The position numbers and the translations under genes were made by a program. The notes beneath the pieces are model-generated. The model worked only from the letters and a program-made list of their open reading frames with translations, was not told where the DNA came from and did no database searches. A DNA stretch of 63,987 nt, the filler included, from Octopus bimaculoides (Eukaryota), in the NCBI RefSeq assembly GCF_001194135.2. It is 6 parts of 5 records of this genome, joined end to end, with 100 filler letters (N's around TTAATTAATTAA, not from the genome) between each part and the next. Parts side by side here need not be neighbours in the genome. Positions count along the whole stretch, not along the records: positions 1 to 26,482 come from NC_068987.1; 5 more parts are not named here. The stretch is one strand, 5' to 3'. Below, piece by piece: positions 1-11,606 of this stretch; the stretch's first letter is position 1, and each line of letters opens with the position of its first letter.

Positions 1-62
1 TATATATATATATATATATATATATATCAAACATAAATTGAAAACAGAACACAAAGGATATC

Positions 63-159
63 GCGGTACACGTGTTTCAATCTTTATAAACAATCTGTTA
101 TTACATCAGTATAGGTATATTATTGATATAAAAGATGGTTTAAAGCTCTCTTCAGCCGC
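63..159 (-). ncRNA. Type I hammerhead ribozyme motif with long stem II (inverted pLTR copy)
   Basis: Minus strand reads GCGG-CUGAAGA-[~70-nt hairpin]-GAAA-CACGUG-UA-CCGC. Stem I is GCGG/CCGC, stem III is the palindrome ACACGUGU, and the cleavage triplet is GUA. Confidence 0.7.
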
Positions 160-294
160 AAACACTGTTAGTCCAAAGATTACATTGCAACAGAAAAAGT
201 ACACGTAGTATTACCCATTATAATAGATTTATCACATCCCTTTCAAAAGGTATATTTGTATAATGGTTCGTTGGATTTCAAAAATCTGCCCATA

Positions 295-1958
295 ATCAAG
301 CCCTCTCTAACGCTGGGTATTCCCAGAAAATCTCTTTTGTTAAAAACTTAAATGATAAACCACCCAAGGCATCCATCATTAGTAAAGGTCCGTCATACAA
401 ACAAATTAGAGGTTCCAGAGTTGGTTCTTTCAACGGATGGAAAGTAAATAGGTCTAATAAAAGTACAGATACAACCAGCATAAGTACAACTGGGGTTAAG
501 ATAAAAAACATAAAGAAAGAAATCACACCGATAAAAATTCAGTTAGGGAAAACCTTACCGATAGGAGTAATACTAACAATAAAAAAATTCCTAAATTACA
601 CACAACTATATATGGTATAACATATCATATAATGTAGCAGTTACAGGAGAATTATGCAAGAAAATGTTTTCAATTATATCCAATAACTTTCCACCCACTT
701 ATAGATATAGCAATATTCTATCCACTAAAATCATTAGAATCTCATATTCGACTCTCCCCAGTATGACATGCCTCGTATCTAAACATAATAAAACCAGAAT
801 TTAAAAAAAGCTAGATTAAGAGCAAACAATAATAATCACTCTAACCCCAATAATCCGAGAAATAATAATGGTAGTATACAAATTAATAACAATAACCAAG
901 TTATTATTCCTGCACCTATGGTCTCTAACCACCTGGTTAACAAAGTAGATGTAACTGGTAGCAGTTCCTTAAATAATGATTTTAGTATTGACAGCAACAG
1001 TGTCTATATTAATAATAGTAATAATATCTATAATAATAATAACAGAAACAGTAATTACTATAGTAATGATCCTTAAAGTAATAACATTGTTGATAATGGT
1101 AGTAATAGTAGTAATTGTAATGACGCAACAGTGTTAGGCTTAATAACCCTATCCCAATAACGAATCACAGTATACTAGATGAATCACTAAATCCAGACCC
1201 AACACAGATTAGTGGCAAACCCCATAGTACTGCCGCGTTAAATGACGCTACTGCTACTACTAATAGAATAACTAGTTCCACCTCAAACAGTAATTACGAC
1301 AATAATTATACTAGTCACAATACCGATATAATTGATAATAATGTTGATATGGCTAATAGATCTAGCATCAGTATTAACGGCAAAAAGAATAGAGGTAGTG
1401 AAACTTTGAACAACGCCAATAGAGGTAATAACAATAATAGTAACGACAGTGTTGGCGTAAACTCTAACTACCCCAGAAATAACCAAGATAACAATTCTAT
1501 CAACATTTACCATCCACGTGCAAGTATCAGACGGCCTGGCAATTATAAATTTGGGTGCAATTGTGTAACAACATGTTTTTACGTGGAAACTGCCTAGCAA
1601 AAAACATAGTCTACTCTTGTGAAATAATTACAGAATCGAATACTCTCACCTACCTTGGTTGTTCATTCGCCTGGAAATCTAGGTTCTATAACCATAGATC
1701 ATCATTTAGACTCAAACATAAGGCTAACAGCACTTCCTTATCATGTAAGATATGGGAACTTAAAGATGAAAATATTAACTTTGACCTTAGATGGTCCATA
1801 GTTATAAAAATAATAGAACTAGTTGCCAGTTATGTTCCTTAGAACTCTTGAAAATCATTAGATTCCCTGATAAGGACAAGCTAGTTAATAAAAGATCGGA
1901 ATTCAAACCAACTTGTATGCATAAATTGACTAAAACCTTTAAATACTATAAGCCTTAA
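295..1958 (+). pseudogene. Decayed PLE ORF: RT C-terminus, linker, Asn-rich tract, Cys motif, GIY-YIG endonuclease
   Basis: Manual translation gives NQALSNAGYSQKISF (~295), ELCKKMFSIISNNFPPTYRYSNILSTKIIRISYSTLPSMTCLVSKHN (~650-790), GCNC..FLRGNCLAKNIVYSCEI..YLGCSFAWKSRFYNHRSSFRLKHKANSTSLSCKIWELK (1550-1800) and LVNKRSEFKPTCMHK (~1885). Stops and frameshifts are present. Confidence 0.88.
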
Positions 1959-2335
1959 GTCTCCATTACCAATTTTAATCCCTTCATGATCTCTCATTGG
2001 AAATGCTCTCATCTGCTCCCTCCTGCCACTGTTCAGGCATTGAATTAACAACTTCTGGGATTACCCCCAACTGCTTACTTATTCGGTTTATTTTCGCCTA
2101 GCTAGATTCTGACCCCATATAGTACACACATATTAAACAATCCCAGGACTTTAGACTTATTTATAGGGAACATATCTAAATAATTTAGTCACTGATTCTA
2201 AAATTTCGAATAACACTACCATACACGTAGGTCCTATTTGTTAACACTAATAACTTCAATAATGTTTATAACAATAGAAATATTAATATTTCTAAGTCTC
2301 TCTAAAGGAAACTACGGCAGCGGTACTGGATATTA

Positions 2336-2557
2336 ATAGTTATCGCCAAGCCAGCATGGCAGTCCAAAAATAGGACAAATGCTGCCGTTGATTAGCTCCA
2401 AGAGGCCATCGCCTCTAGCTAGTTATGTGACACACAGGTATAATGGACACAGGTTCGTGTGTCACATAGCTAGCTAGAGGCGATGGCCTCTTGGAGTTAG
2501 TCAACGGCAGCATTCGTCCTATTTTTTGGACTGCCATGTTGGCTTGGCGATAACTGT
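2336..2557. mobile_element. 222-bp foldback element (~100-bp inverted arms), putative MITE
   Basis: Arms 2336-2438 and ~2456-2557 are near-perfect reverse complements. TTA lies on both sides (2333-2335, 2558-2560) as a candidate 3-bp TSD. Confidence 0.7.
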
Positions 2558-3191
2558 TTAAAGCAATATTATACTAGTAATCATTAGTGGATAGGAACCT
2601 AGACTCTTTTAACTTCATATAACACTTCCTAAACAATTAAAATAGGAGTATAGTAGAAGTTGTCCAATGACATATAATTTACACAAGTAGATAGACTTGA
2701 AATTTCTCCAATCACTATATTATTACTATTACATTATTACTATTATTATAATTTTTCTTCGTACTTTACTTTTAACTTCCATCTTAATTTTCATTTCATT
2801 TTATTTTAATTTTTACATTTTCACTTTTTACCCCTTCATTTTATTTTTACCTCTTTGTAACCTATTATTATTTATCTTATTTATATGTGTATCTAAATTT
2901 TTTATCCTTATTTTTACGTTTATTACTCTTGTTTTTACTTCTATTACTTTTATTTTATTTTTTACTTTATATTTTACCTTTTATCTTTTCACGCTAGTTA
3001 AATATAAACTCAATCCAATTTATTTAACATTCACTCTATGCTGAATAGTGGTACAGTATGGGCAGATTTTTGAAATCCAACGAACCTTTATACAAATATG
3101 CCTTTTCAAAGGGATGTGATAAACCTATTAGAACGGATAATACTACGTGTACTTTTTCTTTTGTGATGTAATCTTTGGAATAACAATGTTT

Positions 3192-3288
3192 GCGGCTGAA
3201 GAGAGCTTTAAACCATCTTTAATATCAATAATATATCTACGCTGATGTAATAACACATTGTTTATAAATATTGAAACACGTGTACCAC
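3192..3288 (+). ncRNA. Type I hammerhead ribozyme motif with long stem II (3' pLTR copy)
   Basis: GCGG CTGAAGA (3196-3202) ... GAAA (3273-3276) CACGTGTA CCAC. There is one stem I mismatch relative to the 63-159 copy. Confidence 0.65.
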
Positions 3289-3970
3289 GATATCCTTTGT
3301 ATTCTGTTTTCAGTTTATGTTTGATATATTCTCTCACCGCTGCCACTATCTGGCATATGCAGGTGCTTACACTTATCAAGTATTCCCTCTAAACTTACAG
3401 TGTATANNNNNNNNNNNNNNNNNNNNNNNNNNNNNNNNNNNNNNNNNNNNNNNNNNNNNNNNNNNNNNNNNNNNNNNNNNNNNNNNNNNNNNNNNNNNNN
3501 NNNNNNNNNNNNNNNNNNNNNNNNNNNNNNNNNNNNNNNNNNNNNNNNNNNNNNNNNNNNNNNNNNNNNNNNNNNNNNNNNNNNNNNNNNNNNNNNNNNN
3601 NNNNNNNNNNNNNNNNNNNNNNNNNNNNNNNNNNNNNNNNNNNNNNNNNNNNNNNNNNNNNNNNNNNNNNNNNNNNNNNNNNNNNNNNNNNNNNNNNNNN
3701 NNNNNNNNNNNNNNNNNNNNNNNNNNNNNNNNNNNNNNNNNNNNNNNNNNNNNNNNNNNNNNNNNNNNNNNNNNNNNNNNNNNNNNNNNNNNNNNNNNNN
3801 NNNNNNNNNNNNNNNNNNNNNNNNNNNNNNNNNNNNNNNNNNNNNNNNNNNNNNNNNNNNNNNNNNNNNNNNNNNNNNNNNNNNNNNNNNNNNNNNNNNN
3901 NNNNNNNNNNNNNNNNNNNNNNNNNNNNNNNNNNNNNNNNNNNNNNTATATATATATAAATATATATATA

Positions 3971-6610
3971 TAGGGTTATGACTTTGGGATTTTGGAGGAA
4001 GTAAACAATTTCCTGTATCAAAAGTCAGTGAATAATAAGTAGGGAAAATAACATCTATTTTAAGTTTTCTTAATAAAACGTCACCCCCAACTGAAGAAAT
4101 CTAACACCACTAATGTCCCAAATCAAGCAAAATTCTAGCGAGGTTCATAATGCCTAATCATTGCTGGATTAATGCAATACAGAAGCAGTATATCTCAAAT
4201 TTCAGTTTCCAAGTTTAAGTAGTTTAGGAGTTATAGAGTTTTTAATTTGTAACTTAGGCCCTACTTAGGAAATATCCTCTTCCTCTCCTTTTTATTTCTG
4301 TAACGCTAACATCTCTGACTATATTAACTGTTTTTCAGAATAGTAGACTTATCCAACTAGAGTGTCTAAGATAATGTCATATAAGAACAGTGCTTGTGTC
4401 ACTCAAAGAAACAAAAAAATTCTGGACGACGAATCTCGTGCAATTTGAAGACTCACATAAGAAAAGAAGACCTGTTCCTCTAGAAGAGCACTCTTCGGAA
4501 AACAGCTGCAGGACACCAATGAAACTTCAAATTGTCGGCTGCTATCTGTTCCTTGGCGGTACCATCGAAGGAAGTAAAGAAAGAACAGAGGAAATTTCGG
4601 AAGAAGCAACTTTTCTATGGCAAAAGAAATTAAATTTCCCATATTCATCAATTTAAAATGTACAAGTAAAAGTAGAACACGTGCTGAATACCTACGATAA
4701 ATGTGTAAAACAAGGAAAATACGATTCATTGAAAGGAATTTTTGACATTACAAACGAAAACGTGAATGGCTGTGCAGTGAGAACAGAAAGTTATATTATC
4801 TTCAAAGTGAATGCAAGAGATAGGTTGTGTATGGAACTAGAAAGGCAACCACTTCTAAAACTATCCATCCATCCCAAAGTAGAAAAGTGTCCTAAATGCC
4901 AACTTCAACCAGAGCGACTCCAGTGTCATCGTCAATGTCTGAAGCAGAGACTGAAAGTAAATATCAAGAGTCCGAAAAATCAGATGAAGAATCCATACAA
5001 ATAAGGAGGAAGTATAGTAAAACTGGAACTGCAACTAAGTAATATCTTCCAAGTTATCAACCCAAAAATCAGCAACAGTTTGTCGGCAATTATCTCAAGA
5101 TGGAATCAATGTCGAGGTTCCTTCCTAATCTGGTATTTACAGATCGATTATCAAAGAAGCTGTTAAACTAAAGAAGAAAATGAACAAAACACTACATTTA
5201 GAAAACTGGTCATTGCATTTTGATGGTAAACATATTGATGAACAAGAATATCAAGTATACCAAGTACTAGTTTTAAAGAATGAACGAGAGACGTTAAATT
5301 AGAAGCATTCCAATTACCAAAGGGAAAAACTGATACTGTTGCGAAAAGAATAACAGCTGTTTTAGATGAATACAATTTATGTACCTGTGCAAAGATGATT
5401 GTCGCCGATTCAACAGGTGTAAACACTGGGAAAAGAAATGGCATTGTCATTCAGTTGCAAAGACTGTTTGCATAAAAGGGTTTGAAAGAACCGCCATTTA
5501 TTGCTTGTCAGCATCATATCCTTGATAGAGTTCTTCGTGTTGTAATGGATAACGAACTTGTAGAAAAAAGTCATCTCCCAGTATTGAATATACATTCATC
5601 TCAGAGCTTCTAAGTAATTACGAGAAACTCGAAGTTAATTTCAACAACGGTGAAAAAAAGATTACTGAATCAGCAGGATGGCGAGATAACATGAACTTTC
5701 TATTTCATTTGACCAGAGTTTTTCGTTTCTTTGAAGAAACCGGAAAATTTTCCACTATAAAGTTTCAAAAAATACCCAACTTAAGTAGTGCAAGATGGAA
5801 TTCTCGAGCAATATTAGCTCTTTGGCATTTATTCTTCTAACAAAGAAAAGAGTTTTCCTTCTCAATGTTTGTCGATTCATCTCTTACAGCTGGGCAGATA
5901 TTTTGTTTACTGACCAAATGTTCAATGCACATGATTATCAGAAGTTATGTGGTAGCCTGTAAGTTCATAAAAAAGCATTGAGCTCTGTAAAAGACTTTTG
6001 GAGTCGAGAACCACCAAAACTGGACATTCCCATAACAAATCAGAGTGCAGAACGGGCAATCAAGTGCCTTCAAGATCTTTATTATGTTTGTAAAAAGGAG
6101 AAGTTTCGATTTATCTTATCTAACAAAGCATATTAATTCTTTGTAATGTTTAAATATTTACTAACATTCAGCACCCTTTTTCTGAAACAGTTATTTAAAA
6201 TTGGAATTAAACCTATAAAGTTAAAAATGTGTATTGTCTTTAATGTTGTATGTTATCGAATGCTTGAAGTGACCTCTGTCTTAAAATAGCCTAGTTTTGA
6301 ACCTTTGCATAAAGCAATTTCAATTCAGTAATCTTTAAAATGTATAAATACACTTTTATTCTACATCTCTCTTGCGTTTACAAGGATTTAGGCAGCGGAA
6401 ATACTGAATCTTGTGAATCTAGTGCCACCTAGTGATTATAGTTTAAAAAGCCATAACTCTGAAACTACTTCAACTAGAAAGCTGAAATTTCAGATATACT
6501 ATTTCTCCATGGCATTTTGCATGATTTGTGTCAAAATTTCTTAAGTTGGGGGAGACCTTTTTTTTTTCAAAATAAATGTTAGTTTCCTGACTTTTATGAA
6601 ATTATTCATC
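3971..6610 (+). mobile_element. Decayed DNA transposon, hAT superfamily (hATm-like), with long degenerate subterminal inverted repeats
   Basis: Starts TAGGGT after (TA)n. 4010-4250 matches the reverse complement of 6450-6610 (e.g. GATATACT, AGTTGGGG, CTGACTTTT blocks). It encloses a transposase pseudogene. The right terminus is eroded. Confidence 0.7.
5150..6135 (+). pseudogene. hAT-like transposase remnant
   Basis: Frameshifted fragments include FDGK, MIVADSTGVNTGKRNG, FIACQHHILD (CxxH), SARWNSRAIL and TNQSAERAIK. Confidence 0.75.
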
Positions 6611-6984
6611 GAATTACAGTATTGGGTTGTTAGGTTGTGAAAAGTTATATATATATATATATCAAAGAGAGAGATTCTGTCCGTTTGTATATTTGTTTGT
6701 TCCATAAAGTGAAAGTAAATGGTTCAAGGGAGGCAACACTAATTGTGCACAAACCTATGACGGACTGCATTGAGGCAAATATTCTCACTGGTTATGGTAA
6801 ACATGACACCTACCAGTTATACCATCTAATGTCCCATTCAAATTTAAGCCGTTACAGTTTCCTATCCCACTTTCTTTTGCCATGAGCATTAATAATAGTC
6901 AGGATGAGACATGTGCAAGCCTATATTTGTAGTCATAGTCTCACTCAGGTTCAGATTCGAAACTGAATCTTTCAGTTCTCCTTG

Positions 6985-7560
6985 GGCATACGACTTATTC
7001 AAATGTCAAAAGAAACCATGACAAATGAGTCCTCCATTTCACATGTGGCCTTCTCAGTGCCATCGCACAGTCACCTGGCTTCCCTAATGCTATTCTTCTA
7101 TATGATATATCTATTCTTCTAGCTTCATTCACGATATACCGCCTATTCAAATGTCAAAAGGAACAGTGATAAATTAATGTTCCACTTGACCTGTAGCCTT
7201 TTCAGTTCCATCTCAGTCACCTGGATTCCGTAAAGCTATTCTTCTATATGATATACCCATTTTTCTAGCTCCTCGGTTCTGATATGAGCATTAATAAAAG
7301 TCGGGACCAAACACTACAAGTTGTTGGATTGCAACTTGATATGAAATCCATCTCTTTTTCTATTTCAATTATTACATGTTTTTTCTTAGATAATACATAC
7401 ATACAAGACGAGTAAACCTAAATCCTTAATAAAAGTCGGGGCCAAACACTACAAGTTGCTGGATTGCAACTTGATATGAAATCCATCTCTTTTTCTATTT
7501 CAATTATTACATGTTTTTTCATAGATAATACATACATACAAGACGAGTAAACCTAAATCT
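6985..7560. repeat. Two adjacent tandem duplications (~155-bp diverged pair at 6985-7280; ~135-bp near-identical pair at 7291-7560)
   Basis: Repeated blocks are CTATTCAAATGTCAAAAG...GCTATTCTTCTATATGATAT (x2) and TTAATAAAAGTCGGG...GAGTAAACCTAAATC (x2). Confidence 0.85.
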
Positions 7561-7908
7561 GACTGACAAGACACAACATTTGTAATTTCATTGGACTATT
7601 ACTTACTGTCGCCTTGCCTTCCATTCCTGTAATATAATAGTATCGGAATTTCAGCACTAACACTGACAGAACACAGCACTTGCAATTTCATTTCACTATT
7701 ACTTAATTAGATCATTACTTATATTTCTAATCCCAAAAATGTCTACTAAAAAAAGACCGTCAAAAAAACAAACACGAAACAAACGTATGACGTACAATGC
7801 TTTTTCTATATGAACAGTGATGTTCATATAGAGATATACATATATACAATATATACACATACATTGTATATATGTGTATTTATATCTATATGTATGTATG
7901 TATGTATG

Positions 7909-7952
<44 letters not shown>

Positions 7953-7956
7953 AATA

Positions 7957-8020
<64 letters not shown>

Positions 8021-8121
8021 TATATAAGTGTGTGCGTGTGTGTGCGTCTGTATGTAGATGTGCGTGCGTGCGTCTGTATGTAGGGAGTACTTCCATTCTT
8101 TGGCATTACAGAAGTCACAAC

Positions 8122-8160
8122 AACAGACATGTTTCAGTATTGTTGGGTCTCATCAGTGTT
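8122..8160 (-). ncRNA. Minimal type I hammerhead-like motif (solo PLE-type end)
   Basis: Minus strand reads AACA-CUGAUGA-GACCCAACAAUACU-GAAA-CAUGUC-UGUU. Stem I is AACA/UGUU, stem III is the palindrome ACAUGU, and the triplet is GUC. Stem II is poorly paired. Confidence 0.6.
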
Positions 8161-9265
8161 CACTTTTTTCGTCATCACTGAGTAAGACAGATATTAATGT
8201 ACAAAGCAAAGCCAAAATGTACATTCAACAACCATTACTAACAAAACACTTGGTGTGCGTGAAGAAGCAACAAACACTCAGAGACACATAAAATGAAGTA
8301 AAAACATACGTAACAGTACCACCCCATTTATACTGCACACACAAAACAAACTGATCGTTTGTAAAACTAACTGGAGATACATATTCGTGTGAAGTAGAGT
8401 AGATAAAGGCACGTCATCGACAAGCTTACAGGCTGATTGCTCAAACCTTTGTGTGTGTGTGTGTGTNNNNNNNNNNNNNNNNNNNNNNNNNNNNNNNNNN
8501 NNNNNNNNNNNNNNNNNNNNNNNNNNNNNNNNNNNNNNNNNNNNNNNNNNNNNNNNNNNNNNNNNNNNNNNNNNNNNNNNNNNNNNNNNNNNNNNNNNNN
8601 NNNNNNNNNNNNNNNNNNNNNNNNNNNNNNNNNNNNNNNNNNNNNNNNNNNNNNNNNNNNNNNNNNNNNNNNNNNNNNNNNNNNNNNNNNNNNNNNNNNN
8701 NNNNNNNNNNNNNNNNNNNNNNNNNNNNNNNNNNNNNNNNNNNNNNNNNNNNNNNNNNNNNNNNNNNNNNNNNNNNNNNNNNNNNNNNNNNNNNNNNNNN
8801 NNNNNNNNNNNNNNNNNNNNNNNNNNNNNNNNNNNNNNNNNNNNNNNNNNNNNNNNNNNNNNNNNNNNNNNNNNNNNNNNNNNNNNNNNNNNNNNNNNNN
8901 NNNNNNNNNNNNNNNNNNNNNNNNNNNNNNNNNNNNNNNNNNNNNNNNNNNNNNNNNNNNNNNNNNNNNNNNNNNNNNNNNNNNNNNNNNNNNNNNNNNN
9001 NNNNNNNNNNNNNNNNNNNNNNNNNNNNNNNNNNNNNNNNNNNNNNNNNNNNNNNNNNNNNNNNNNNNNNNNNNNNNNNNNNNNNNNNNNNNNNNNNNNN
9101 NNNNNNNNNNNNNNNNNNNNNNNNNNNNNNNNNNNNNNNNNNNNNNNNNNNNNNNNNNNNNNNNNNNNNNNNNNNNNNNNNNNNNNNNNNNNNNNNNNNN
9201 NNNNNNNNNNNNNNNNNNNNNNNNNNNNNNNNNNNNNNNNNNNNNNNNNNNNNNNNNNNNNNNNN

Positions 9266-9331
<66 letters not shown>

Positions 9332-9499
9332 TTATTCTTTATTAGCCACAATAACATTAAAGGACATGCAACAAAAAAAACGGGACGATACAATGGGGTT
9401 TCCGCGTGTAAGCAATAGAAATAACAATTAAAATTGAACATATTAAAACTCCCAATAGGGGAGGTGCTTTAAGGTCCTCGTGAAAAAACCCCAGAAAAA

Positions 9500-11580
9500 C
9501 CACGAGTGTCTGATCACCAGGGCAAGAGCCCTTCTCCTTTAATTCCCTTTTTATAGCTGAGGAGCGGTGGCACTGCTGAGAAAGGACCCAAACAAGAGAA
9601 CGTTATAGAAAATTCCAGCGCCATCACCCTGCTCAATGCAGAGTTGAAGATTCTGATCAAGGTGTTAGCCAAGAGGTTGTCGCTTGTCGTGGACAAGCTG
9701 GTTGGCAAGGCGCAAACATGCACCATCCCAACCAGGACTATTCACGATAACCCCCAACTTATGCGCTACGTCATAGAGAGGGAGGGTAACGAAGCTGGCA
9801 TAGGTGAGGCTCTGATCAATTTAGATCAATCTAAAGCCTTTGATAGAATCAACCATCAATACTTGGCAGCTGCCTTCAAGGCAGCTGGGTTCGGTCCAGT
9901 TTTCTGCGGTTGAATCGATGCTTTGTACAGCAGCATCTACTCGGTTATTCGGGTAAATAGTCACCTGTCAGAGCCATTCAGCATCTTACAATCGGTCCGT
10001 CAAGGGTACCCTCTCTCCTCCCGTCTGTATGTACTGACTCTTGAGTCATTACTGCGAAAGTTGGAGGCTTTGTTGGGTGTTCCGCGTGATCTAGGATGCC
10101 TTCTTACGCTGATGATGTCAACGTCATAGTGTCGAGCCACAAACATATAGACCTGATTGGCGACACACTACAAGAATATGAAGCGGTGATAGGAGCAAAA
10201 GTTAACGCGGAAAAGTCAGTGAGCTTGCAACTCGGCACCTGGAGAGGCAAGTCCATGCTGTCCAACAGCGTCGTGGGGCGCTGGAAGACAGTTCTTTAAG
10301 TTGCTCGGAGTCTGGTTTGGTCCGAACCTCCAGGTAGAGAAAAACTGGGACGAGGTGACGAGCAGGGTAGCCAATCTCACCCAGAAATGGTCCGAGAGGA
10401 AACTGTCTTTAAAAGATCGAGCGGAGGTGGCGAATGCGTACATCGCATCCGTCATCTATTNNNNNNNNNNNNNNNNNNNNNNNNNNNNNNNNNNNNNNNN
10501 NNNNNNNNNNNNNNNNNNNNNNNNNNNNNNNNNNNNNNNNNNNNNNNNNNNNNNNNNNNNNNNNNNNNNNNNNNNNNNNNNNNNNNNNNNNNNNNNNNNN
10601 NNNNNNNNNNNNNNNNNNNNNNNNNNNNNNNNNNNNNNNNNNNNNNNNNNNNNNNNNNNNNNNNNNNNNNNNNNNNNNNNNNNNNNNNNNNNNNNNNNNN
10701 NNNNNNNNNNNNNNNNNNNNNNNNNNNNNNNNNNNNNNNNNNNNNNNNNNNNNNNNNNNNNNNNNNNNNNNNNNNNNNNNNNNNNNNNNNNNNNNNNNNN
10801 NNNNNNNNNNNNNNNNNNNNNNNNNNNNNNNNNNNNNNNNNNNNNNNNNNNNNNNNNNNNNNNNNNNNNNNNNNNNNNNNNNNNNNNNNNNNNNNNNNNN
10901 NNNNNNNNNNNNNNNNNNNNNNNNNNNNNNNNNNNNNNNNNNNNNNNNNNNNNNNNNNNNNNNNNNNNNNNNNNNNNNNNNNNNNNNNNNNNNNNNNNNN
11001 NNNNNNNNNNNNNNNNNNNNNNNNNNNNNNNNNNNNNNNNNNNNNNNNNNNNTAACCGGTCTGTTTCGGAGAAGTTTCGGGCCTGGGCCTATAGATAACT
11101 TCCAGAAATCCCTCGCCTAGCATGCTACTGAGGGGCGCTGCCTGTTCGAGATAAACCTTACAGGCACAAAAGTCGTCAGCCGAACCTGCCCGAGGTGCGC
11201 CGAAAACGATGAAACCGTTCTGCACGCCCTCGTCCAGTGCTCGAGTTTTGTTGACCTGTGGGTTTATGTCGAACACCTGCTGTCGCGTGTAGGACGGATC
11301 CGGCTATCAGCTGAATCTATTGTGAAGATTGCCCCGCCGCCCTCATTTGGCCGGGAGGGGCAGGTAATTTTTATTTGTCTGGTGGCTGTGGCGAAAGAAG
11401 TATTATGGTGGACCCATTTGAATGGGCTAAAGGCCAAGCTCTCATCTACTTTTTCAAGCTTTACTTGAAAAGGAAGTTGAGGGTGGAGAGGGAAGTGTTG
11501 CCTTCTAGCAAGTTTGTTGAACGGCGGTTGAATGTTGGAAGAATGGCCAGTGTGAAAGGACCAATTATGAGCGTGCACCT
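9500..11580 (+). mobile_element. L1/Tx1-clade LINE ORF2 remnant (RT plus C-terminal Cys-rich region), 5'-truncated and gapped
   Basis: KILIKVLAKRL, LDQSKAFDRINH, VRQGYPLS, YADDVNV and LGVWFG are present. A downstream CPRC..ETVLHALVQC motif follows the N gap. Confidence 0.9.
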
Positions 11581-11606
11581 ATAATAATAAAAATAATAAT
11601 AATAAT

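Larger units (their letters stand above)
23..3329 (+). mobile_element. Penelope-like retroelement (Neptune-type), 5'-truncated, with inverted terminal repeat (23-294 is the reverse complement of 3057-3329)
   Basis: The ~270-bp inverted ends are directly alignable. They enclose the RT C-terminus, the linker and the GIY-YIG endonuclease. The left end abuts (TA)n. Inverted pseudo-LTRs are an established PLE architecture. Confidence 0.9.

Noticed and set aside
2697-3044. 115-aa F/L/I/T-rich ORF resembling a membrane or mitochondrial protein
   Set aside because: It is a T-rich low-complexity tract in the PLE 3' UTR with no recognisable motif.
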